Below, piece after piece: positions 12,700 to 23,879 of a DNA stretch of 64,000 bases. The notes beneath the pieces were generated by a model. The model was not told the DNA's origin and did no database searches. It was given only the letters and a program-made list of their open reading frames with translations. The position numbers and the translations under genes were made by a program. Origin of the DNA: Eledone cirrhosa (taxonomy: Eukaryota); NCBI GenBank assembly GCA_964016885.1, contig OZ024741.1:267654001-267718000 (forward strand), read 5' to 3'. Positions within the stretch are counted from its first letter, which is position 1. Each line of letters opens with the position of its first letter.

Positions 12700-13870
12700 A
12701 GTATTACTAACACCAACATATATTTAGAAACCCGGCCCGGCGACACGCAACAGCACTTTCCAGCCATATTTGGGACCTCCAAGAGAACAATATCACCTAC
12801 CATCTAAGTTGGAGCATACTTTCCAAGGCAAAATCTTACTTGGGAGGACAGCGTCCATGTAATTTATGCTTGGAGGAACGGATCCAAATGCTGTTTGCAA
12901 AGGACCAACTCTTAAACAAAAAGGATGAACTTGTTAGCTCATGTAAACACAGAATGCGTAGGACTTATCTTACCTTCAAACCCCCTCACGACCCGGGTGG
13001 GTAGATCTCGGCTGTATCTTTTTCCTATTTACAAACTAACATAGCGGAAACCCCAAGCATACTTAGGTAGAAGTAGAAATTTTTTCTTTTTTTCTTCTCT
13101 TATTTTTCCTTTTTTCCTCATTAGTTACATACACTCTTACACTTAGGTAGATCTTTGCATATCAACACTATTATATTCAGTTTCCATTCTTCCCTAGGTT
13201 AACCCAAATATTTTCACTCCTGTTAAATATAAATAACTGTTTCTACTTTAGTCACAAGGCCAGCAATTACCCAGTGCATTACTGGTACTTTATTTTATCG
13301 ACCCCTTAAGGATGAAAGGCAAAGTCAACCTCAGCGGGATTTGAACTCAGATCGTAAAGGGACGTAACTATGCTGGAAAGCATGGCGTCCGACCCTCTAC
13401 CAATACTGCCAATCCACCGCCTGTTAAATATACATAACACCGGCCAAACACATAGCCAGTCTTTTTTTGGAGGGGAGGGGGGGGGGCATCATTATGGATG
13501 ATAATATTGATAAATTACTACTTTGAGATGCTGTTCTAGTGTATTAGAGTAACTAATAACTAAATTTTATTAATTAGGAATTTTGTATTAAATTATATTT
13601 GCTTTGCTCTCTAGCCAACCACACCCATATTAACTCTACAACATTCCTTGTTTACCATATGTTCTTATGATAGCTGTAAACATTCCTTGTTTATCATAGG
13701 TTCTTAGAGATAGCTGTAAAGAATTCTTTCTTAATGCATGCCCCCCCCCCCCCCCCCCCCCCCATGGCATCCACATGTCAGATTATCATCTTACTCCCTC
13801 CCCTTAGTTTTACAGGCAAGTCCAGCCACACCACCCCCACGTATAATATACCTCATTAATTTATCTTGCT
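12700..13870 (+). mobile_element. 5'-truncated PLE (Hydra-like): GIY-YIG C-terminus to 13004 plus 3' UTR
   Basis: Translates as ...TALSSHIWDLQENNITYHLSWSILSKAKSY...CNLCLEE...LLNKKDELVSSCKH, homologous to the C-terminus of 15203-16672; bounded by (TA)n. Confidence 0.8.
13232..13421 (-). mobile_element. Full-length tRNA-derived SINE (~190 bp) with TSD
   Basis: A box TGGCAGTATTGG, B box GAGTTCAAATCC, core CTTTGCCTTTCATCCTT..GGGGTCGATAAAATAAAGTACCAG; TGTTAAATATA duplicated at 13221-13231 and 13422-13432. Confidence 0.9.
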
Positions 13871-13920
<50 letters not shown>

Positions 13921-13925
<5 letters not shown>

Positions 13926-14071
13926 ATTAATAAATGGAAACTATATTTATAAAAGCATATTTATTTCATTATATATATTTCAAGGATACCAAGTTAAATT
14001 ATGGTATCCTTGAAATATATAAAATGAAATAAATATTGTTTATAAATATAGTTTACATTTATTAATATCGT
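13921..14071. repeat. ~70-bp-arm palindrome next to (TA)n, probable PLE terminal fold-back
   Basis: 13921-13990 is the reverse complement of 14002-14071. Confidence 0.75.
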
Positions 14072-14199
14072 ATATCTACTCCAAATATTTGTCGAGTGCT
14101 TTATATCAGTTATAAAAATATTTGCTTGTTGTATCCCAACAATTTAAATAGAACTTTTGCATATATATATATATATATATATTAAAATAACAGATTAAA

Positions 14200-14248
14200 G
14201 TTTAAGCAAAGAATCGCTGCTTTCACCCTTAACGGGATCTTCTGAAAC
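14200..14248 (-). ncRNA. Variant hammerhead ribozyme, family B (core CAGAAGA)
   Basis: GTTT-CAGAAGA-TCCC gttaa GGGT-GAAA-GCA..TGC-TT-AAAC. Confidence 0.5.
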
Positions 14249-15202
14249 TAACAAAGTCAATCTGTAAACGCAGAAGTGGATATTTCAAAAAACGTTGCAA
14301 CCGGAGGAAGACAGGAAGACAATACTTTGGTTCCTGGAAAAGTTCCCTGGCAAAGAACGGGAAAAAACGAATATAATACGTCATTAATAGGAGCAGTGAA
14401 AAACAATTACGCGCAAAAACAATTACGCGCGAAGACAGAACCACGTTTATGGTATAAAAGAGGTCGTAGGCTAATGTTCTCTTAGGTGGTTCATAGAGAC
14501 GTTCTCTGGCAATGAACGAAAAAAACGAAGATAGTACGTCATATGTGGAGCGTGGAGAACAATTGCACGCAAAGACAAAACCACATAAATGGTATAGCAG
14601 AAGTCGTAGACTAAAGTCCTAACTAGGAGACCGAATGAATCTCCGCTTCAGAATTAAGAACAAAGTAAATAAATACAATACAGAATTAATAGAAATTAAA
14701 TAAATACATACACGCAAACAAATACGTACATACACAAGCATACGCGAAAACATTTACCATAGGTATACAAAACCACACATATAAATATGTGTGTGTGTGT
14801 ATGCGTGTATACAAATAAATAAATAATTAAATTAACGTATATAAATAAATAAATACGTATATAACAAGCGCGCACACATACCTACATGTAAATACACAAA
14901 TGTTCGGAGACGTAAGTCAACCAAAACATGAAGTACACATATACACACACCCTACATACGTACGAACCTGCATACTCACACAGACGCAAAACTCCCGTAT
15001 ACACATAACCAAACCATATGTACCAGAATATATAAAATTATACGCCATAACATATACAATCAAATATACGTACGAGAAGGTATACGTACCTTCACAAAAC
15101 ATACAGGTAATATATACTTACCTAAGCAAATAAGTAATGGTATAAACAAAACATATACTTAGCTACCACATCAAGACGTAAAATATCCACGTATAGATCG
15201 TA

Positions 15203-16672
15203 CTATCCGTTAGGGTATAACGTGGGGCTGCAATACAGGAAAGTGTTGTGCAATTTATGTTTACAAGCCGAAATTGCCTCAGATTTTTTGTTTAAGATTT
15301 GGTCTGTGGCGTAGAGTATTTCCAGGGCCTCAGCGGCGCAGACGTCACATGGTCTTTTATTTCCGTTATACGATCTAGCCCTAGCTAGGATCTCCCAGTG
15401 TAACTTATATTGGGTGTGGTTGTCTTTTAGACTCCAGATATAAGCTGAAAGTGACGTCATATTCCTTCTTAGAGGGTAACGAAAAGAATGGGTATGCATG
15501 TAAAGACGCTGCTTGAATCTATTGGCGGTTAACCCTATGTAGGCCCTACGGGACGTGGGTGTTACAACCTTACATTTGTAGACAATGTTACTAGAGAGGC
15601 ATTTCCCGGAAAGGGGGCAATCAACCCGATTCCTACAATTACAGTTAGTACTAACTACAGGGTTGCACGTGTTCCTACGGCTAGGTAGTTTAGCTAAATT
15701 ATAAGCTGTGACGTTATGTGCAAGGGTAGGAGTCGTAGAGTAAGACATTTTAATAGTATTTCTATTAAAGATTTTACTATATTTATGTGTAGGGAGAAAA
15801 TGCTTCGTAATAAGGGAAAGAAAGATCTTAGCTAATGGTGTGGCCACCTCCATATTATATGGTGGGTTATACCAACAAATGCGACGGGATCTATTTCTTC
15901 TAGGCCTATTTTCGTACTCTGTATATGCTACCTTATCGACAAATCCACTCCGAGCAAGAGCTTCATTGTAATAAGTGGAATGGTCGTTGAAAATATGCTC
16001 GTTAGTAGATAGACGGGAAAGCCTCAACGAAACGTTTCTTACCAGGTTCTTGGTTATGCTGGCAGGATGGTTGGAATGCTTACTTATGTAATTAAGCGTA
16101 TCATTCGGCTTTCTATACGGGTAATACAACCCATTCAATAAATTGAGGGTAACGTCGAGGTAATTAACGACCGAGAAATTGGCTTCAACCTGTATAGAGA
16201 GGTTGAAGCCTTTAAAGAAGGCTGTGAGTTCTTTTCTGAACCTGTCGCAAGCACGAGGTCCGCACTTAGTCATGGTCAAAAGACCATCATCACGGTACAA
16301 ACCACCGCCCGCGTTGAGGAATTCGTCCTTGATAGAGAAAAGAAGGAAAAGGCCGATAAGATCAGTAACCTCCGCAGAATCGCTGGCGCCCATACTCACG
16401 TCGAATGGGGTACTATTAGATTTTTTTATCCAAATAGAGTCGTCAAAATTAATCACCGACTTACGGGCATTGAGGATGACATCAACTTCGAAATCCTTAA
16501 CCACTGTGAGTGTTTTAGCGAAATTGATAGCTCTAAGGAGAAGTTGTAAAGTGATGGAGGAGTAGTAATTGTTGATGTCGAATTGGATAAAACGGCAATG
16601 TTCCTTGTTACATATGCCATTGAACCAATCAATCATCGTGAAATAATTTTTCCACAGTGCAAGAGGGGCCAA
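15203..16672 (-). CDS. PLE polyprotein: reverse transcriptase plus C-terminal GIY-YIG endonuclease (N-truncated; frame open to about 16733)
   Basis: QFDI..YYSSI, FDVSMGASD, LYRDD, CNCRNRVDCPLSGKCLSSNIVY...AYIG, CDVC. Confidence 0.92.
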   Translation of the reverse strand: MAPLALWKNYFTMIDWFNGICNKEHCRFIQFDINNYYSSITLQLLLRAINFAKTLTVVKDFEVDVILNARKSVINFDDSIWIKKSNSTPFDVSMGASDSAEVTDLIGLFLLFSIKDEFLNAGGGLYRDDGLLTMTKCGPRACDRFRKELTAFFKGFNLSIQVEANFSVVNYLDVTLNLLNGLYYPYRKPNDTLNYISKHSNHPASITKNLVRNVSLRLSRLSTNEHIFNDHSTYYNEALARSGFVDKVAYTEYENRPRRNRSRRICWYNPPYNMEVATPLAKIFLSLITKHFLPTHKYSKIFNRNTIKMSYSTTPTLAHNVTAYNLAKLPSRRNTCNPVVSTNCNCRNRVDCPLSGKCLSSNIVYKCKVVTPTSRRAYIGLTANRFKQRLYMHTHSFRYPLRRNMTSLSAYIWSLKDNHTQYKLHWEILARARSYNGNKRPCDVCAAEALEILYATDQILNKKSEAISACKHKLHNTFLYCSPTLYPNG

Positions 16673-16916
16673 ACTTCTAATTTCAGGTATAATTCTATCA
16701 AGAATCGTTTTACTAAGTCTACCTAAATCGGAAAACGTGGTTCTGTCTTTGCGCGTAATTGTTTTTCACTGCTCCTATTTATGACGTATTATATTCGTTT
16801 TTTCCCATTCTTTGCCAGGGAACGTTTCCACGAACCAAAGTATCGTCTTCCTGTCTTCCTCCGGTTGCAACGTTTTTTGAAATATCCACTTCTGCGTTTA
16901 CAGATTGACTTTGTTA

Positions 16917-16965
16917 GTTTCAGAAGATCCCGTTAAGGGTGAAAGTAGCGATTCTTTGCTTAAAC
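16917..16965 (+). ncRNA. Variant hammerhead ribozyme, family B (inverted copy)
   Basis: Same motif as 14200-14248; CAGAAGA is retained in both copies. Confidence 0.5.
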
Positions 16966-17063
16966 TTTAATTTGTTATTTTAATAAATATTTGCTCTACG
17001 GTTCTTATATATTTGATATATATTTATCCTTTTCGAGCCCTCTTTGGATTTTAGTCTTCAAAT

Positions 17064-17480
<417 letters not shown>

Positions 17481-17719
17481 GATATATATATATATATACA
17501 TATAAAATCTTATCTACTTCTTCTCTCTCTCTAACTCTAATGTAAGATGAGTGTTTCAGTCACTCATAGTTGCTGCTCTCTCTCTCCTCTTCTCTCTCTA
17601 CCCCTTCTGTCTCTACCGCTCTCTCATTACCCCCCTCTCTTTCTATCTCTTCTTCTCTTTTTACCTCTCCTCTCTCTCTCTAACATGTATGTTATTATAT
17701 TATAGTCAGCTATAGTTAC

Positions 17720-17869
17720 CTCATCACCCCAATAAAATGGACAATTCTGTAGGTCCTTATATTTTTTGTATTGATGTATAAACTGCATTGTTCCCTGTTT
17801 CTTGCAATGTTTAATGTTGGGCTTTATTTCATCCCAATTCATCAGAGTTCCTTCTATGAGAAACACCAT
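17720..17869 (-). CDS. GCLC: GCLC-like first coding exon (MVFLIEGTLMNWDEIKPNIKHCKKQGTMQFIHQYKKYKDLQNCPFYWGDE)
   Basis: 150 nt ending WGDE|gtaact, the same 50-codon first exon as human GCLC (MGLLSQGSPLSWEE...LKWGDE); candidate upstream acceptors at 17877 and 18034. Confidence 0.9.
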
Positions 17870-18236
17870 CTTAAATCTGACAAATAACTTAATACAGCTG
17901 TGTGATTTGGAGCTAGCTCTTCTTTTCTGTGCCCTGCAGATCTTGTCTTGCCCTGTAGATCTTGTCTTGCTCTGTAGATCTTCTGTCTTGTAGCTCAGCT
18001 AATGTTCTTTAAATCTTGTATATCTTGTATGAGCTGCAAACAAAAATCAAATCAAATGACAAAAATGAAGCTGACACACAATAACAATAAGCATTTTAAC
18101 TCTACCATTCCAGCACATCTCCCTCACCATCCTCCGGGGAAACGGCTTCTCTATTCTGTACACTGGGGGCCCCGGGGTAGCCAGTACATTGGGGTCGCAG
18201 TCCAATCAGTGCGTGGACTCCCATTTGCTCATAATA

Positions 18237-18296
<60 letters not shown>

Positions 18297-18298
<2 letters not shown>

Positions 18299-21289
18299 CG
18301 AAGGAAATGTGGTAAGGAACCAGATGGACCATAATGCACCAGAGTACTCAATACTTAGGGTAGTAGAGTGGGTAATAGGAACAAGTAGGACCCCGACAGC
18401 TGAGCTCAAGCCGTTTCGACGACTAATTCTGGATTAAATGAACATTTTTAGCCTGGTAAATTAATAGCCGAACTCCTCAGGGGGTAATATGGTAAAAGTG
18501 ATTGTCACAAGGATTGGTCAAAAGTTTGTTGTTAAGACACATGATTTTATCATAGCATTATGTGGAAGGTAGAGGTAGCTGAACTTGCCAGTAGAAGAAA
18601 GAGGGAGAGGGAGTGGAGGAAATCCAGTCAAGCGTTGAAAGTGAAAACTACAGCAGATTCTAAGGATAGTGTATAGAAGGTCGAAAAAAGTTACTAGAGA
18701 AGGGGAGGGGGGAGTTGAAACAATAAGTAAATCTAAATGGAGTAAATATATAAAAAATATTTAAAATATTTAAAAAAAAAAACAATTTCTGGTTACTAGT
18801 CCCCTTCCACAATCATCAAATCTCTCACTGGTACTGCTAAGCTATAGAAAAGTTTAATAGGTGGGAAGGAATATTAAATACGAGATTGTAGTGAAATAAT
18901 TTTATGAGGCCATCATTACAGGGGGTCTACCACTACTACAATAGTTAGTAGTAATCGGCCAAAGCTATCTTACAATGACAGGTCAACAAGTTGAGGACCA
19001 ACATACTAAAAAACTAATACGAAATATTAATTCAGAAACCCGAAACTAATACGAAATATTAATTCAGAATCCCGAAACATGAATACTAATACAATATATA
19101 TAAGTACTGCTACAATACATACATTCTAATACAATCTACATAAATACTCATACAATATATATAAAAAAACTAATACAATATATATAAATACTGCTACAAT
19201 ACATAAATTCTAATACAATCTACATAAATACTCGTACAATATATATGGAAAAACTAATACGAAAAATTAATTCAGAATCCCAAAAAATAAATACTGATAT
19301 ACGAGAAACTAAAGCAGAAATACCACTAAGAAATCTAGAAATCACGGAATGGGGCTGCAACCAGAGAAGAAAGCAAGTATCTGGGGTCTAGCACATCTGC
19401 TATAAAAAGCGGAATCGGCCAATTCTATCATAAAATAAGGGGGGTGGGGTACTGAGGCTACAGAGGACCGAAGGGCTGCATCGGGGTGGGCGAGAAGGTG
19501 AAAAGAACGACGACAAAGAAGGAGATCTGGGGTGGAAGGACTAGGAAGGGATGGGGGGGGATAAGGAAATATAGAGGAAACGATAAAAAATATATAAAAA
19601 GAATTTATAAAAAAGTTACGTCTACCTTTGTAAGCAGGGGTTACCCCTTACAAAGTCGGCAAGTGGGGTGTTTCAGCACTTGTCTAGCCCCCCCCCCCCC
19701 CCCGGGTCATTATGGGGTATGAGGGCGAGGTAAGTCCTACGCAATATGTGTTTGCATGCAGTTACCAGTTCGTCTTTCTTGTTTAGGAGTTGGTCCGTCG
19801 AAAACAACATTTGTAATGTTTCCTCCGAGCATAAGTTACACGGACGGCGTCCTCCCGTGTAAGAGTTGGCTCTGGACAGTAAGCTCCGAGTGAGATTATA
19901 GGTTATATTGTTATCTTTGAGGTCTCAGATGTGGCCCGAAAGTGTAGTGGTGTGACGCCGGGTCGGGTTTCAGAAAGTATGTCTGTGTTGGTATAGCGAG
20001 TCTTGACGTCACAAGCGGTTAATCCTATATAAACTTTGTTGGGGGTGTCCGTCCTCACGTTGCACTGGTAGATCACATTACGTTCTCTGCATCTGTTGTC
20101 GAGGGGAAAAGGGATCCATCAGGACAGTTACACCTCCTTGTCGGCTCGCCACTGCTATCTAGGTTATTTCTTCCATAGGGGTTGAGTTTTTTGTTGTTAG
20201 AGGAGACGATATTTTGTGCAAAGTTAGGTGTGGTGCTGTAGGAGAGTTTGGTGGTATTTTTGTTGATTATGTTGTGGTAGCGGTGTTGTAGTGGGAAGTG
20301 TTTTTCGATGAGCCTAAAGAAGATTTTCCCGATAGGTGTTGTCACCTCGGCATTGTGGGGAGGATTGAACCACGTTACGTTCCGTGAGCGGCGGTGTTGC
20401 CTGTTGGTTCTGCTAATGGAAGCTGGACAATAGGATATTTCCTCCCGGAAGCCACTCCGCTTGAGGGCCTGGTTGTAATAAGGCGCATTTTCCTCGAATA
20501 TCTGCTCATTAGCGGACAAACGAGATATGCGGAGGGAGATGTTTTTAACCAGGTTATTGGTGATGTTTCTAGGATGGTTCGACCGGCGGTGGATGTAGTG
20601 CAGGTTGTCGTTTGGTTTCCTGTATGGGTAGTACAGATCGTTATCGAGGTTAAGGGTAACGTCCAGGAAGTTTACTCGGGTTAGGGGCGTTTGTAGGGTT
20701 ATTTTAAATCCCCAGTATTGTTTACGGACCCGGTCTGTACTACTGGGGTTGTACCCTTTGAGGGTAAGGAGCCCATCATCACGGTACAATCCACCGCCGA
20801 ATGCAGGAAACATATCGGTGAGTTTAAATAGTAGCAATAATCCTATAAGATCTGTGACCTCAGCCGAATCCGTCGAAGGGGGAGTCGGGAGCTCTCTTTA
20901 TCCATTTGGAGTTGTCGAAAAGGAGGACTGTCTTCCTGGCGTGGAGGATGATATTTCTTTCCTGGTCGGTGATGGGCGCGAGTGTCTCGGCAAAGTCCAA
21001 GGCGGCTGTAAGGAGCGGTAAGGTAATTGAAGCATAGTAACTCTCTATGTAAAACTGGATGAATTTTGTGTCTCGTTTGTCCTCCATATTGCTGAACCGT
21101 GAGATTACTTCCTGGGTGTTGACCCATAGGCTAAGTCTGGCGTTAATGACCGGGGGGGGGGGGTAGACAAGGGCTGAAACACCCCACTTGCCTACTTTGT
21201 AAGGGGTAACCCCTGCTTACAAAGGTAGACGTAACTTTTTTATATATTCTTTTTATATATTTTTTATCGTTTCCTCTATATTTCCTTAT
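18297..21289 (-). mobile_element. Degenerate Hydra-like PLE (RT fragments 20073-21087, GIY-YIG about 19720-20110) with long 3' UTR and an inverted duplicate (21151-21289 of 19561-19703)
   Basis: GGLYRDDG, NFLDVTL, WFNPP, CNC motifs with frameshifts; 3' end abuts (TA)n. Confidence 0.88.
18391..18484 (-). ncRNA. Type I hammerhead ribozyme, family C, with long stem III
   Basis: CCCC-CTGAGGA-G..C-GAAAC-GGCT TGAGCTC AGCT-GTC-GGGG. Confidence 0.75.
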
Positions 21290-21542
21290 TCAACAATATA
21301 TTTCCTTTTAATCAACAAACTTTTCGTACGAACATTTTCAATTTTAAGTAACATCACAGTACATTTTCCTGCATGTAAATTTCTTTTGCTTTGCATGTTT
21401 TCTTTCATTTCTCCTGTTTGCAAATGACTTTCATGTGTTTTTTATTTTTACTGATTTTCTTCAACACACCTAGTCATACCTATCTTCATTTCACATGCAC
21501 CTAGATCGTTCAATCTTAGCTTTCTCACTGGAAGGGGGGTAC

Positions 21543-22231
21543 TATAACGGCGGCGAAGATTCGAAACCGAATCTGAGCTTTCCCGCCTCTGGGACAAGCC
21601 GTGGTAACTTGTTTACGCTCAAGAGACTAACTCCTTGGGAGAGGCTAAACACAGGTCAGAGGTGTTTACGCCTAACAAACTAATCCCTTGGGAGACTAAC
21701 CAAAGTTCAGTGGATATATCTATCCTTCTAACTTCAACTCTTATAAATACAGGGGTTGTTTACGCCCCGACAGAAAAGAAGTGATATACAGACAAGACAA
21801 GTCGCATTTACAAGCTCTCGTCACGAAAAACCAGTCTGCCACTTATTCTCACCTTCCTGGCTGATCGCTGACTCTTGCAATACAAATAAGTAAATATACT
21901 GATACGCACACACGCATTCATAGTGAGTTCAGTATTTTTACACGCACCATTTCTGTTTACACATATTTTACCTTTCTGATACAGTACAAATTATATTATA
22001 ATCGTATTCTGTGATACTTGAATTTACGTAGCTCGAAGAGCCACCAAATTATTGTATGAATATTTTGTGTTATTGATTTTATCATTCAATATTCAAATTG
22101 AATATTGTTATAATAAAATAAACTTTGTAACAACACAATCCTGGTATTTTTCTTTACATCGAAACCACCATACCAACAGTTACATCCATCCATCCACTTA
22201 TCGTTACAACCACACATAATATTCCGTTACA
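21543..22231 (+). mobile_element. 3' LTR (689 bp) of a Gypsy-like element, preceded by a polypurine tract
   Basis: GGAAGGGGGGTAC then TATAACGG ... CCGTTACA inverted termini; TATAAATA near 21742 and AATAAA near 22112. Confidence 0.7.
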
Positions 22232-22531
22232 AAGTTATGCTCCAAATAGAAGCTTAATAATTGTTTTTACTTTTGGCACAAGGCCAGCAATTATCCCAGT
22301 GTGTTACTGGTACTTTATTTTATCGACCCCGTAAGGATGAAAGGCAAAGATAACCTCGGCGGGATTTGAACTCAGATAGAAGCTTAATAATAATAATGAG
22401 AAATCCCTGGTAATGAAAGTGTTTAACAACTTAAAAATATGCTGATGCACTCACCTTATTAGGCCCTCAAACATGAAGTGTTTTGATCAGCTGTAGTCCC
22501 CGCTTTCTGACACACCCAGTAAGTAACAACA

Positions 22532-22563
<32 letters not shown>

Positions 22564-23875
22564 CCACCACCACTACTACAACTATTACTACCACTCCCAC
22601 CCCACTACTGCTGCTACTACTATTACTACTACCACCACCGCCCCTACCATCATCACCACAACCACCACCAAACCACCACCACCATCGCCACCATCATCAC
22701 TACTACCATAACCACCACCACCACCACCATCATCCCTACCATGGATAGATAGATATGTTTCTTTATTAGCCACAGGGGCACAAAAGAAGGGGACAAATAC
22801 AAAGGGGGAAGTTTACATACAATAAAAACGTGTAAAATATTATCACAAATGCAATTTAAAAATTAATCGATTTTCCCCAATAGGGGGAGACATTTCATAT
22901 GGGTAACACATACCCCCGAAAAAAATGTGCAATCCTCATCTCCAGGAGTACGAAGAGTTTGTACCCCTTTCCTCTCTTCCTCTTTTTCCTCAACCTACAG
23001 GCTGATATAGAGAGAAGGCCCATTCACTCGGGCCATTCTCGTCACTTTCACCCACCTTTATTTTATTACTAAATCTCTCCAAATTCTTATTAATTTTCAA
23101 AATTATTTAAAAGTCAGAGACAGTGTATTCTGTTAAAAAAGTTTACAGTGATTACATTGAACTAAAAAAAAAAAAGCCTTCCATCATAATTCTATGCAAG
23201 AACCTTTATTAAGTTATGCTCCAAATAGAAGCTTAATAATTGTTTCTACTTTTGGCACAAGGCCAGCAATTATACCAGTGTGTTACTGGTACTTTATTTT
23301 ATCGACCCCGTAAGGATGAAAGGCAAAGATAACCTCGGCGGGATTTGAACTCAGATAGAAGCTTAATAATAATAATGAGAAATCCCTGGTAATGAAAGTG
23401 TTTAACAACTTAAAAATATGCTGATGCACTCACCTTATTAGGCCCTCAAACAGGAAGTGTTTTGATCAGCTGTAGTCCCCGCTTTCTGACACACCCAGTA
23501 AGTAACAACAACCACTACTACCACTACTACTACTACTACTACCCACCACCACTACTACAACTATTACTACCACTCCCACCCCACTACTGCTGCTACTACT
23601 ATTACTACTACCACCACCGCCCCTACCATCATCACCACAACCACCACCAAACCACCTCCACCACCACCATCGCCACCATCATCACTACTACCATAACCAC
23701 CACCACCACCACCATCATCCCTACCATGGATAGATAGATATGTTTCTTTATTAGCCACAGGGGCACAAAAGAAGGGGACAAATCCTCTCTTCCTCTTTTT
23801 CCTCAACCTACAGGCTGATATAGAGAGAAGGCCCATTCACTCGGGCCATTCTCGCCACTTTCACCCACCTTTCAT
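22232..23875. repeat. ~980-bp-period duplication (truncated SINE + (CTA/CAC)n + Tx1 3' end)
   Basis: 22232-22800 is nearly identical to 23211-23783, and both continue into the same Tx1 3' fragment. Confidence 0.9.
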
Positions 23876-23879
23876 ATGT

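Larger units (their letters stand above)
14182..16986 (-). mobile_element. Penelope-like element (Hydra-like), 5'-truncated, with an inverted copy of its 3' end (16734-16986)
   Basis: RT plus GIY-YIG ORF; 14182-14448 inverted at 16734-16986; (TA)n on both sides. Confidence 0.92.
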